Source: Octopus sinensis
Taxonomy: Eukaryota
Assembly (NCBI RefSeq): GCF_006345805.1
Contig: NC_043009.1
Location: 9,300,001 to 9,364,000 of the forward strand
Direction of reading: 5' to 3'
Length of the DNA: 64,000 bases
The notes under the pieces were generated by a model that had not been told where the DNA came from, made no database searches, and worked only from the letters and a program-made list of their open reading frames with translations. Both the position numbers and the translations under genes were made by a program. Below are positions 13,805-24,019 of this stretch, in pieces. Positions within the stretch are counted from its first letter, which is position 1. The number at the start of each line of letters is the position of its first letter.

Positions 13805-14345
13805 TAATAATAAAATACCCTGATGCAGTACCAGGCAGTGGCTCTCATGGCTTCTGATCTTAATTGTTTTGTCTTGGTATAAAAGATAGGCTACAGCAAA
13901 TATTCTGCTCAATACCACAGATTTGCTTGTCAGTTGTTTGACTTTAACCAGTTGAGCATGTCCCTTAGTAGCTGATGATATGTGCATCTCTGATCATGAG
14001 CAGAAGTAATGGGGGCACATCGTAGCCATGTGTTGAGAGGAATTTTGGGGGATTTGGATAATTCACCTCTGGAAACATGGGTGTTTCGTTCAACATCCTT
14101 AAACAACCCTTATTCAAGGACCTTTTGAGAGGGATGGGTTACTCGACCAGAAGAAAATTCTAACTGGGCCCCACCTGCAAGGTCATGTGCTGTTTATCTT
14201 GATATGAGATCACCATGTTGTGCACATATGGTTGTGATGCATGTGCCTAGTGTACCCTTATCAGACGGGTAGTCATGATGGGTATACTGGGCTTCGTATA
14301 TTTTACCCCAGTGCCACTTTGATGGCATGCACTGCTCTCTCACTC
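13805..14345 (+). mobile_element. Interspersed element embedded in (TAA)n on both sides, probably a non-coding end of an R4/Dong-like retroelement
   Basis: Unique ~540 bp with TAA arrays immediately 5' and 3'. No coding remnant is visible, so the clade is inferred from target context only. Confidence 0.4.
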
Positions 14346-14349
14346 AATG

Positions 14350-14393
<44 letters not shown>

Positions 14394-14406
14394 GATGATG
14401 ATGATG

Positions 14407-14460
<54 letters not shown>

Positions 14461-14513
14461 TCAATATCGAAAAATACATTAGGAATGAGAACCCAGGTTC
14501 GAAATTTCCCCAA

Positions 14514-14559
14514 GACACCTGATGAAGGCTGGAGGGTATATCAGCCGAAACGTTGTGTT
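14514..14559 (+). ncRNA. Minimal (dimer-type) type I hammerhead ribozyme in a Penelope-like pLTR fragment (~14470-14610)
   Basis: GACAC - CUGAUGA - A - GGCUG/loop/CAGCC - GAAA - CG - UU - GUGUU. Stem III is the 4-nt palindrome ACGU, which can only pair in a dimer. Confidence 0.8.
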
Positions 14560-15118
14560 AACAACAAACAGGATGAGGATAAATATCCGTCAAATGTAAA
14601 TAATGTAATCAACACTCTGTTTTCTATTTTTCTCCATCCTCAGCTGAAGAGAAAGGACTTGAACTGTTGAATTTTTTTATTCTACACCCCAGTTACTAAC
14701 AACTGCTCTTGTAAAACATGGGGAAACCACATCCCTTCTGTATAGCAAGACACCTTCACTTGTCCCTCTGTCATACCTTAGCCTCTTAACACCTGACATA
14801 AGGCTACTTCCCCTCTCAATATTCCCCACCCCACATGTACTTTAGTTGAAGCGTGTGCATTTTTTATATTTCCTTTTGCAGCCCCTTTCTTGTCTTGTAA
14901 GTTGCTTGGTAACCTTACTAGTGCTGGTGGCATGAGAAAAGCACCCGGTACACATTGTAGAGTGGCTGGTATTAGGAAATGATACCCAGCTGTGGAAACA
15001 AGAGAAACCGGTTACAATTCCATGCAGGCTTGCAGTTCACAGGATCCTGTGAAGACACCCAAAATCATGCTAGCATGGAAAACAGGCACTAAATGATGAT
15101 GATGATGATGATGATGAC

Positions 15119-15159
<41 letters not shown>

Positions 15160-15167
15160 CGACGATG

Positions 15168-15220
<53 letters not shown>

Positions 15221-15263
15221 GATGATGAAGATGATGATGATGAAGATGGTGATGATGATGGTG

Positions 15264-15295
<32 letters not shown>

Positions 15296-15402
15296 GATGG
15301 TGATGGTGATGATGATGATGATGATGGCGATGGTGATGGTGATGATGATGATGATGATGATGATGATGGTGATGGTGATGATGATGATGATGATGATGGT
15401 GG

Positions 15403-15436
<34 letters not shown>

Positions 15437-15772
15437 GGTGGTGGTGGTGGTGCCGGTGGGTGACTCTGATAATGATGGTGAAGGTGGTGATGATGAGGAT
15501 AATATAAATAGAGTTTCTTCTCCGTACAAAAGGCAAACCGAATGAAATTGAATTGAATTGTTTCACTCCAGGTCGACAGAATGAGACTGTTGGGCATGGC
15601 TGTTTGGATGCTGGCAATTTCACACGGCTGATTGGACACTGAACTTGCTCAAACAACAGTATCTTTTGGCGCTGGTGCAAAACACATGCACACATGTGCA
15701 GAATTATATACGCATATGACAGATAGAAAGAGAGAAAGAGAGGGGGGAGAGGGAGAGAGAAAGGAAGAGAGA

Positions 15773-15811
<39 letters not shown>

Positions 15812-16131
15812 AGAGAGAGAATTTCAGAAGCATTAAAATGTCCTATGTCAAATAAGTCAGCATTGAATTAGTAGTGTTGAATAGGTGGCGCCAAACCAGG
15901 TGTGCCAAAACCTCTCACACCTCAGTTCCGTCCAGATGTAGCTGACCTATCATCAAAGATGATTACTATTTGCTCTTTTTTTTTCCAGGCAAGGTGTATT
16001 TAGAGTTACCCTTTCCAATGTGAGTGGAGGTGATAGCTTAGTGGTTAAGGTGTTAAACCCATGAGCCTAAGATTGTGGTTTTGATTCCTGGATCAGGCAA
16101 TGTACTATGCTTTTGAACAAAACATTTTATT

Positions 16132-16216
16132 ATTATTATTCAGGTCACTGCCTGGAATCGAACTCAGAATCTTGGGGTTAGTAGCCTGTGCTCTTAACCA
16201 CTACACCATATGCCCA
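16132..16216 (-). mobile_element. Very short tRNA-derived SINE with (TAA)n tail
   Basis: Minus strand: A box tggtgtagtgg, B box gagttcgattc, then gtgacctga(ata)n. Confidence 0.7.
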
Positions 16217-16689
16217 TGACCTGAATAATAATTATAAAATATTTTATTTCATTACATTTATCAATTTATTTTGCAAGCTTCTTGATGTGAAATCGTGTGG
16301 TAAATTGATATTGTATTTCAGGATGGTCATTTTTTTTTGCCAAATAAACACACGCACTATACATTTTTTCCTTTACTCATTTATTACTGTTCATATTTTA
16401 TTATTTTAACTCATGTCCATGGTCAGAAATCTTTCGTCACACATCTGTGACCTCTTCAGCAACACTTTTCATTTTCATGTGTATTCTTGCTCCATTTACT
16501 CCTGGTGACGGGTGACTAGGAAACTAGGGCTTGCAGTCCCCACTGTAGTTGGTGGTGGTGTTCTGAGTGTTTCATCTTCCCCTGTTTTCCATGAAAAGTG
16601 TAGTATTTTATGCTTTGAAATATGAGGAGTCTGAAAATGAAAATAGTTTCCCCCCCTATGATGAACCATTTTGAAGTAGTTAGTAAGAA

Positions 16690-17460
16690 ATGAGTAACGT
16701 ACATATAATTTTGGAAATCACCTTCCAGAGGGAGCTATTCAAGCCATTGTCTTTGAGAAAAAGGTCAAAATTCTTTTTAAAGTTTGGAAGATAATTCAAC
16801 ATTCACAAACTCTTGAGGCTGATTGAGAGAGAACCAAATGAAGTGAATGTGTAAAACAATGAACAACTCCTGTCAGTGATGCAGCTCCTCTGTCTTTAAT
16901 GACATCAACTGATCCCCTAAAGCTTTCTTGAAGCCTTTCCTTCTCATCAACAGATCGCAAAACGCGTGACAGTTAGGATTTCATTCGAAGGTTTGTAATA
17001 GTCTCACCAAACATGACAGCAACAAATGCTGTTCTTTTCAATCAATGTGTTAATTACACTTTCTCTTGTAACAGCTATGCAATTAAATGATTTCATTTTG
17101 AATATCACTTGGAAGTGATATTCATTTTGAGTATCACTTCAAACCTGCGAAAATGTGTTCTTATACTGACAAACTAACAGAAATGGCAAACAGAAAGATT
17201 TGTTCAGAATGGGTCATCTCTGTCATTCACTCAGACCATTCATAATACTTTCAATCAAAAGAACAATGACATTCCTTGTTGTCCACTTCAGTTTTGATTT
17301 TCAGCTTAAGTTTTGGTTTTTCTTTCCCGAGAATGATAATATTCTTCTGATCTGTTTCAAAGTTGGGGAAAGTAGAGAGAAAACTGAACTAATTGACACT
17401 TTTACCATCCTGGAGGTGATTGAAGGCATGAAAAATTCTACTGGGTTATAATATTTTTAA
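16690..17460 (-). pseudogene. Highly decayed hAT-superfamily transposase fragment
   Basis: Manual minus-strand translation gives AFVAVMFGET...LSRVLRSVDE...SFRGSVDV..DR.A...HCFTHSLHLVLSQS, resembling the hAT 'LDETTD..QLS.VLRYV' and 'HC.AH.LNLV' motifs; many stops. Confidence 0.5.
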
Positions 17461-17600
17461 ATATATCGAAGCTTTATGCTAATAGATAATTTAGGTGCTA
17501 GATTAGTTTTTAATGTAATCTTTCTTAAATAACTTTGAATATTTAAAATTAAATTTTAAAATATTGGCATGAAAGAATGGATGAAAACTTTACTTTTTAA

Positions 17601-17658
<58 letters not shown>

Positions 17659-17924
17659 CCAGTTTCTTCTTTTCGTTCTGTATGTGAAATAGTCAAGAAA
17701 ATTCTGGGGTCACATGACTAAATTCAGGTTTTAAGGAGGGATCATAAATACTCTCTCCATTGGTTAAATTTTTTTATAAAGCAAGTGTGGGTGCGTGGTA
17801 AGAAGTTTGCTTCCCAACCACATGGTTACAGGTCCAGTTCCCTACTAGTGTCTTCTACTATAGCCATGGGCCCACTAAAACCTTGTAAGTGGGCTTAATA
17901 GAGGGAAACTGAAAAAAACCATTG

Positions 17925-17982
<58 letters not shown>

Positions 17983-18947
17983 TGTGTCTGTGTTTGTCCC
18001 CCCAACATCGCTTGACAACCGATGCTGGTGTGTTTATGTCCCCGGTCTCGGCAAAAGAGACCGATAGAATAAGTACTAGGCTTACAAAGAATAAGTCCTG
18101 GGGTGGATTTGCTCGACTAAAGGCGGTGCTCCGGCATGGCCACTGTCAAACGACTGAAACAAGTAAAAGAGTACTATGTTTCTGTCGACAACTAAACACC
18201 ACCGGAAGGCAAACAGTAAAATATCAATAATCAATTATATCATCATATAATCAATTATATCATTGACCTGGGTCTGGAAAGCCAGGAGGCTGCACCAGGC
18301 TCCAGCCTGATCTGGCAGTGTTTCTACAGCTGGATGCTCTTCCTAATGCCAACAACTCTTTGAGTGTAGTGGGTGCTTTTTACGTGCCACCGGCACAGGT
18401 GCCAGGAGAGGCTGGCAGTGGCCACGATCAGATTGGTGCTTTTTACATGCCACCGGCACAGGAGTCAGTCAAGGAGGTGCTGGCATATTACACAAAATAT
18501 ATTTATCATGGGAAAATAGTAAGGCATGCAGAGCCTGCGTTGCATACATAGACCCTTCACCCCTGGAAACCAGTCCTATGAGACAATATGATTCGGAAAG
18601 GATATTTCCAATGCTAAGGTAGAATGGGATTTCCTTTCAGGAGTGTAATTTGGATTTTTTTCAGCTGAATGATTTGTAATATGGGATGCTCCCTCAAAGG
18701 TTTGGCTGTGTGAAGTATGTGTACGGAGTGTGATAAATGAATGCTGGGTGTAAAAGAAAGTTATGTGTTCTACCCCTGAAGGGTTCATAGGTACCCATGA
18801 CAAAGGAAGACTTGGTAAACACGTGGAAAGTGGCAAGGCTGGAGCTTCGGACGAGACGACAAAAGATTGAGACATACGGTGATATGTGGTATGACAAACC
18901 TGTCTATATTGTATTACTAAAGGTAAATGAATATCAGAAGACTGTTG

Positions 18948-19105
18948 ATGGTGATGATGATGATGAGGATGATGATGATGATGAGGATGATGATGATGAT
19001 GAGGATGATGATGATGATGACGACGACGACGATGATGATGGTGACGACGACGACGATGATGATGATGATGATGATGATGATGACAATGATGATGATGATG
19101 ATGAC

Positions 19106-19143
<38 letters not shown>

Positions 19144-19380
19144 CAATGATGATGATGATGATGATGATGATGACGACGACGACGATGATGATGGTGACGA
19201 CGACGACGATGATGATGATGATGATGATGATGATGACAATGATGATGATGATGATGACGATGATGATGATGATGATGATGATGATGACAATGATGATGAT
19301 GATGATGATAATGACGACGATGACGACGACGACGACGATGATGGTGACGACGACGACGACGACGATGATGATGATGATGA
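18948..19380. repeat. Compound (GAT/GAC)n microsatellite with ~150-bp higher-order period
   Basis: ggt interruptions at 19040, 19193 and 19343, each in the same GAC/AAT context. Confidence 0.9.
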
Positions 19381-19697
19381 AATACATAATAATTTTAGAC
19401 AAAAGTACAAAAATGAAACCACAATGAATCCTATATTTCTTACATAATTAATTTGTTACCATTGAATTTACATATAAGCACATACACATACTCTCATGTA
19501 CACACACACACACACACACACACAAGCACACACACACATCTATACATGTGTGTATACGTAATCACTAAGTCACACTTTTTTACACAACATTTGTTTTATC
19601 ACCCCAGTAAGCATAAACAGAGACAGTCACATGCACACACACATGTATACACACACACACATGTATACACACACACACACACACGCACACAGAAACG

Positions 19698-19731
<34 letters not shown>

Positions 19732-20015
19732 TATCTATGTCTGTCTTTATGTTTGTTCTTGCTGGGGTGAAGAAAGAAAGAAGCAAACCAATGTTGTGTA
19801 AAAAGTGTAACTTAGTGATATGACAAGTGGAAATCGATAAAATAATTACTGGACTGAAATAAGTATTGAGATGAATATGGTTCAACTAGAACCCCTTGAA
19901 GGCAATTCCCTGCCTTGTATGGCTGTTGTCCAATTACTGAAACCAGTTAAATAGTTATATATATATGTACATATATATATATATATATATACATACATAT
20001 ATATATACGATGATG

Positions 20016-20082
<67 letters not shown>

Positions 20083-20213
20083 CATACATATATATATATA
20101 TATATTTATCTCTCTAGTTTCAGCTCAGAGCTGCGGCCGTGCTGATGCACCGCCGTTTAAACAGAACAATAAGGCTTCACCGAGATATATATATATATAT
20201 ATATACACACACC

Positions 20214-20255
<42 letters not shown>

Positions 20256-20368
20256 TATACACAAGAAAGCACATAAATGTAAAACGAGGTGGAAAAAAAT
20301 AGTGATATGCATTTTGATCATAGCTGAGTAATAGATTTGTGATGATTTTGAAGCTTTAATAAGAAGAG

Positions 20369-20542
20369 TATATATATATATATATATAATAATAAAATTT
20401 TTATGTTTGATTTGCAAAATAGTGGTTTTGTCTCTAATTAATATATATATATATATATATATAATATTAATTAGAGACAAAACCACTATTTTGCAAATCA
20501 AACATAAAAATTTTATTATTATATATATATATATATATATAT
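20369..20542. repeat. Perfect palindrome centred on a (TA)n tract
   Basis: The ~55-bp unique arms (about 20388-20441 and 20466-20520) are exact reverse complements, with TA runs inside and outside. Confidence 0.93.
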
Positions 20543-20543
20543 A

Positions 20544-20941
20544 GGTGCAGGGGTGACTGTGTGGTAAGTAGCTTGCTAACCAACCACATGGTTCCGGGTT
20601 CAGTCCCACTGCGTGGCACCTTGGGCAAGTGTCTTCTGCTATAGCCCCGGGCCGACCAATGCCTTGTGAGTGGATTTGGTAGACGGAAACTGAAAGAAGC
20701 CCGTCGTATATATGTGTATATATATATGCGTGTGTGTGTTTGCATGTCTGTGTTTGTCCCCCCAACATCGCTTGACAACCAATGCTGGTGTGTTTACGTC
20801 CCCGTAACTTAGCGGTTCGGCAAAAAGAGACTGAAAGAATAAGTACTGGGTTTACAAAGAATAAGTCCTGGGGTCGATTTGATCGATTAAAGGCGGTGCT
20901 CCAGCATGGCCACAGTCACATGACTGAAACAAGTAAAAGAG
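20544..20941 (+). mobile_element. SINE family A, full copy
   Basis: Same head, linker and gaaacaagtaaaagag tail as the other copies. Confidence 0.9.
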
Positions 20942-21119
20942 TATATATATATATATATATATCTCACACACACACACACATGTATATGTGGTGAAGGAAG
21001 CATGCCTTATGATAGAAATTTTGTGAAAGTTTGTCAGGCTGCTTGTAGATCAGTATTGTCACATATTGTCTTCATATTGATTTGGCTTCGAAATTATATG
21101 AAGGGAATATGTGTTTCAG

Positions 21120-21290
21120 TCATATCTATTTCTTTTCCTTTTTCTTTTCTTTTTTTTTTTCTTCTTTCCCTTTTATGATCCCTTTTGATCGAAAACCTAC
21201 CCCACTTTTTTTTTCCCCCAAAAAAAGAAAAGCTCTACTTGGTAATCTGTCTCATCTGTGTGCAGCCCTGTGTGCCTAATAAAGAAACAT
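21120..21290 (+). mobile_element. Tx1-type retrotransposon, copy A: diverged 3'UTR remnant (start approximate)
   Basis: gatcccttttgatcgaa...aaaagctctac...atctgtgtgcagccctgtgtgcctaataaagaaacat matches the 3' ends of copies B, C and E, with more substitutions. Confidence 0.8.
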
Positions 21291-21317
21291 ATCTATCTAT
21301 CTATCTGTCTATCTATG

Positions 21318-21348
<31 letters not shown>

Positions 21349-21359
21349 TTATCTATCTG

Positions 21360-21424
<65 letters not shown>
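21291..21424 (+). repeat. (ATCT)n microsatellite spacer between Tx1 copies; further tracts at 24000-24019, 27662-27803, 30109-30288 and 31011-31171
   Basis: Read directly from the sequence. Confidence 0.97.
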
Positions 21425-23593
21425 AGCCTACCACGACTCTCGACAAGAAAGGCAGGGTGCTGCGAAGGTGCCATCACGGCGGCGGAAGTGCGGGAAGCGA
21501 TGGCAGAATGCTCGAGGGACAAATCACCGGGTTTGGATGGTCTACCCTACGAGCTTTACAATTGTATGCCAGACTTGTTTGGAGATCTCTTGGCGGCGGT
21601 GTACTGCAACTGGCAGCAAAACGGGAGCATTCCTGGTTTTGTGAGCCGAGGAGCCGTAACACTGCTGAAGAAAGATCTAAACAAGGGAAATGTAATAGAT
21701 AACTTTAGGCCCATCACTCTGCTTAATGCAGACTTGAAAATTTTGGCCAAGGTGCTAGCCAAGAGGTTGGCGCTTGTCATCGAGAAACTGGTCGACAAGG
21801 CGCAAACATGCGCCGTGCCAGGCCGGACCATCCATGACAACCTCCATCTGATGCGCTACATCATAGACAGGGTAGTTAACGAACCTGGCATGGGTGGGGC
21901 CCTGATCAACTTGGATCAATCAAAAGCCTTTGATAGGGTAGACCATCGATACTTGGAGGCAGTCCTGAGAGCGGCTGGTTTCGGTCCCGTCTTCCGCGGC
22001 TGGATAGCTGCCTTGTACAGAGGCATCCGTTCGGTAATTCGCGTAAATGGACATCTATCGAGACCTTTCGACATTGCACGTTCGGTCCGTCAGGGATGCC
22101 CCCTCTCGGCGCTTCTATACGTATTGACTCTTGAGCCACTACTGCGGAAGCTGGCGACTCTAAGGGGCATCCCGCGAGAATTGGGATGCGGGACGAGCGT
22201 GTCTGCATATGCGGACGACGTCACCGTCATAGTGTCTAGCCACGAGCACATCGAGCTGGTCGGCGAGACACTGAAAAACTACGAAGCAGTGACAGGAGCG
22301 AAAATCAACCGGGAAAAGTCAGTGGGCTTGCGACTAGGCACCTGGAGAAGCAAGCCCATGCCGTCCACCAGCGCCTCCGTCGTGGGACGCTGGACCGACG
22401 GCCCGGTTGAGTTGCTCGGGGTCTGGTTCGGTCCTGACCTCCAAGTGGAGAAGAACTGGAACGAGATAACGAGTAGGGTGGTCACTCTCGCCCGGCAATG
22501 GGCCGAGAGGAAACTGTCCCTAAAAGGTCGAGCGGAGGTGGCGAACACGTACATCGCGTCCGTCATCTACTACCGCCTGACCGTCGTACCTTGTCCCGAC
22601 CCTACCATCACCAAACTACAACGCATCCTCTTTCGCTTCTTGTGGAAAGGATGCGTCCCGATGGTCAGGCGATCCATTTGCTGTCAACACCCGTTAAAAG
22701 GAGGGCTGGGCATGCCGTGGTTGATGATGCGCAGACACGCGCTGAGACTGCGACATCTCTGGCTCTATGTAGACGACGGTGAACAGGTGTGGTCGCCGTT
22801 TGTGAGGCACGCTTTCCCGCAGTTCGTCTCCATGACCGAACTGCAGTCGTGGATCAAAAAGAGGCCGAGGAAGGGCGAATGGCACCGCGAGTGTCGCTTT
22901 GCTCTCAAGCAACTCTGCCGTCCTGGGTCGACCTTAAGTGACTTCAACACAACCAAAGCATTCTATAGGGGTTTAGTGGAGGGGAGGTACGACGACGAGC
23001 TCGGGGCGAACCTGGACGTCGACGAGGAGTACCTGACCGGCCTGTTCGGGACGACTTTCGGGCCAGGGCCCATGGACAACTTCCAGAGATCCCTGGCCTG
23101 GCAGTGCTACCGAGAAGCGCTACCCGTTCGGGATAAGCTCTACAGACACGGCTCGAGAAACACGGGGCCGACCTGCCCGAGATGCGGTCAGAGCGACGAA
23201 ACCGTTCTGCACGCACTCGTTCAGTGTCCAACAATTTCCGACCTGTGGGCTTATGTCGAACAACTGCTGTCACGTGTGGGACGAGTCGGTTTATCAGCTG
23301 AGTCTATCGTCAATATTGTCACGCCTCCTTCCTTCAAACGGGAAGGAAGAGCTATTTTCATCATCCTTGTGGCTATGGCGAAAGAATGTATCTGGTGGAC
23401 GCGTCTGAAAGGATTGGAGACAAACACTTTCCTCTCTGGTCAATCTCTCATCAACTTCTTCAAGTACCACTTGAAAAGGAAAGTGAGAGTAGAGAGGCAA
23501 GTTTTGTCTAGCGAATGTTTTAAAAAAAGATGGGTGAATGTAGCAAGAATGGCACGTATGAATGACGAAGCCACCTTGAGCATAGTCCTATGA
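21425..23593 (+). CDS. 5'-partial ORF2: reverse transcriptase plus C-terminal CCHC zinc finger
   Basis: Motifs KSPGLDGLPYELY, NFRPITLLNADLKILAKVLA, LDQSKAFDRVDH, RQGCPLS, YADD and CPRCGQSDETVLHALVQC. The track's start at 21185 is read-through of the upstream 3'UTR and microsatellite, not a native start. Confidence 0.9.
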   Translation, partial: SLPRLSTRKAGCCEGAITAAEVREAMAECSRDKSPGLDGLPYELYNCMPDLFGDLLAAVYCNWQQNGSIPGFVSRGAVTLLKKDLNKGNVIDNFRPITLLNADLKILAKVLAKRLALVIEKLVDKAQTCAVPGRTIHDNLHLMRYIIDRVVNEPGMGGALINLDQSKAFDRVDHRYLEAVLRAAGFGPVFRGWIAALYRGIRSVIRVNGHLSRPFDIARSVRQGCPLSALLYVLTLEPLLRKLATLRGIPRELGCGTSVSAYADDVTVIVSSHEHIELVGETLKNYEAVTGAKINREKSVGLRLGTWRSKPMPSTSASVVGRWTDGPVELLGVWFGPDLQVEKNWNEITSRVVTLARQWAERKLSLKGRAEVANTYIASVIYYRLTVVPCPDPTITKLQRILFRFLWKGCVPMVRRSICCQHPLKGGLGMPWLMMRRHALRLRHLWLYVDDGEQVWSPFVRHAFPQFVSMTELQSWIKKRPRKGEWHRECRFALKQLCRPGSTLSDFNTTKAFYRGLVEGRYDDELGANLDVDEEYLTGLFGTTFGPGPMDNFQRSLAWQCYREALPVRDKLYRHGSRNTGPTCPRCGQSDETVLHALVQCPTISDLWAYVEQLLSRVGRVGLSAESIVNIVTPPSFKREGRAIFIILVAMAKECIWWTRLKGLETNTFLSGQSLINFFKYHLKRKVRVERQVLSSECFKKRWVNVARMARMNDEATLSIVL

Positions 23594-23999
23594 ACCCAGA
23601 AATCGAAAACAGAGAGTTGCTTATTTGCAAAAAAAAAAAAAAAAAAAAAAGAAATATAAAATGTGACTTCATTGACCGAGGTTACCGTGGTCTTTTCCGC
23701 AGGCTTTTCTTTCCACGGGTAAACCTCACCTGTCCTGCCCTTTACACTTCATATTGACATTTCTGTGATAACGATCCCTATTGATCATTTTTTTTTCCTC
23801 TCCCACCCTTTTTTTTTTTTTTTTTTTTTTACCCCCCCTTATTTTTGTCCTCTTTCTCTCCTTTTACGATCCCTTTTGATCGAACCTCCCCCTTCCTTTT
23901 TTTTTTTTTTTTTTTTTTTTTTAATACCTTCAAAAGAAAAGCTCTACCTTGTAATTTGTTCTATCTGTGTGCAGCCCTGTGTGGCTAATAAAGAAACAT
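21425..23999 (+). mobile_element. Tx1-type (L1 clade) non-LTR retrotransposon, copy B, 5'-truncated just upstream of the RT domain
   Basis: Starts abruptly after (ATCT)n at agcctaccacg. ORF2 runs to TGA at 23593, followed by a ~400 bp 3'UTR ending aataaagaaacat and then ATCT repeats. Confidence 0.93.
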
Positions 24000-24019
24000 A
24001 TCTATCTATTTATCTATCT

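Noticed and set aside
18797-19447. 216-aa poly-Asp ORF resembling an acidic biomineral protein
   Set aside because: The acidic part is a GAT/GAC microsatellite, and the unique N-terminal part overlaps what looks like a decayed RTE-type tail (RKTW motif in another frame). There is no signal peptide.
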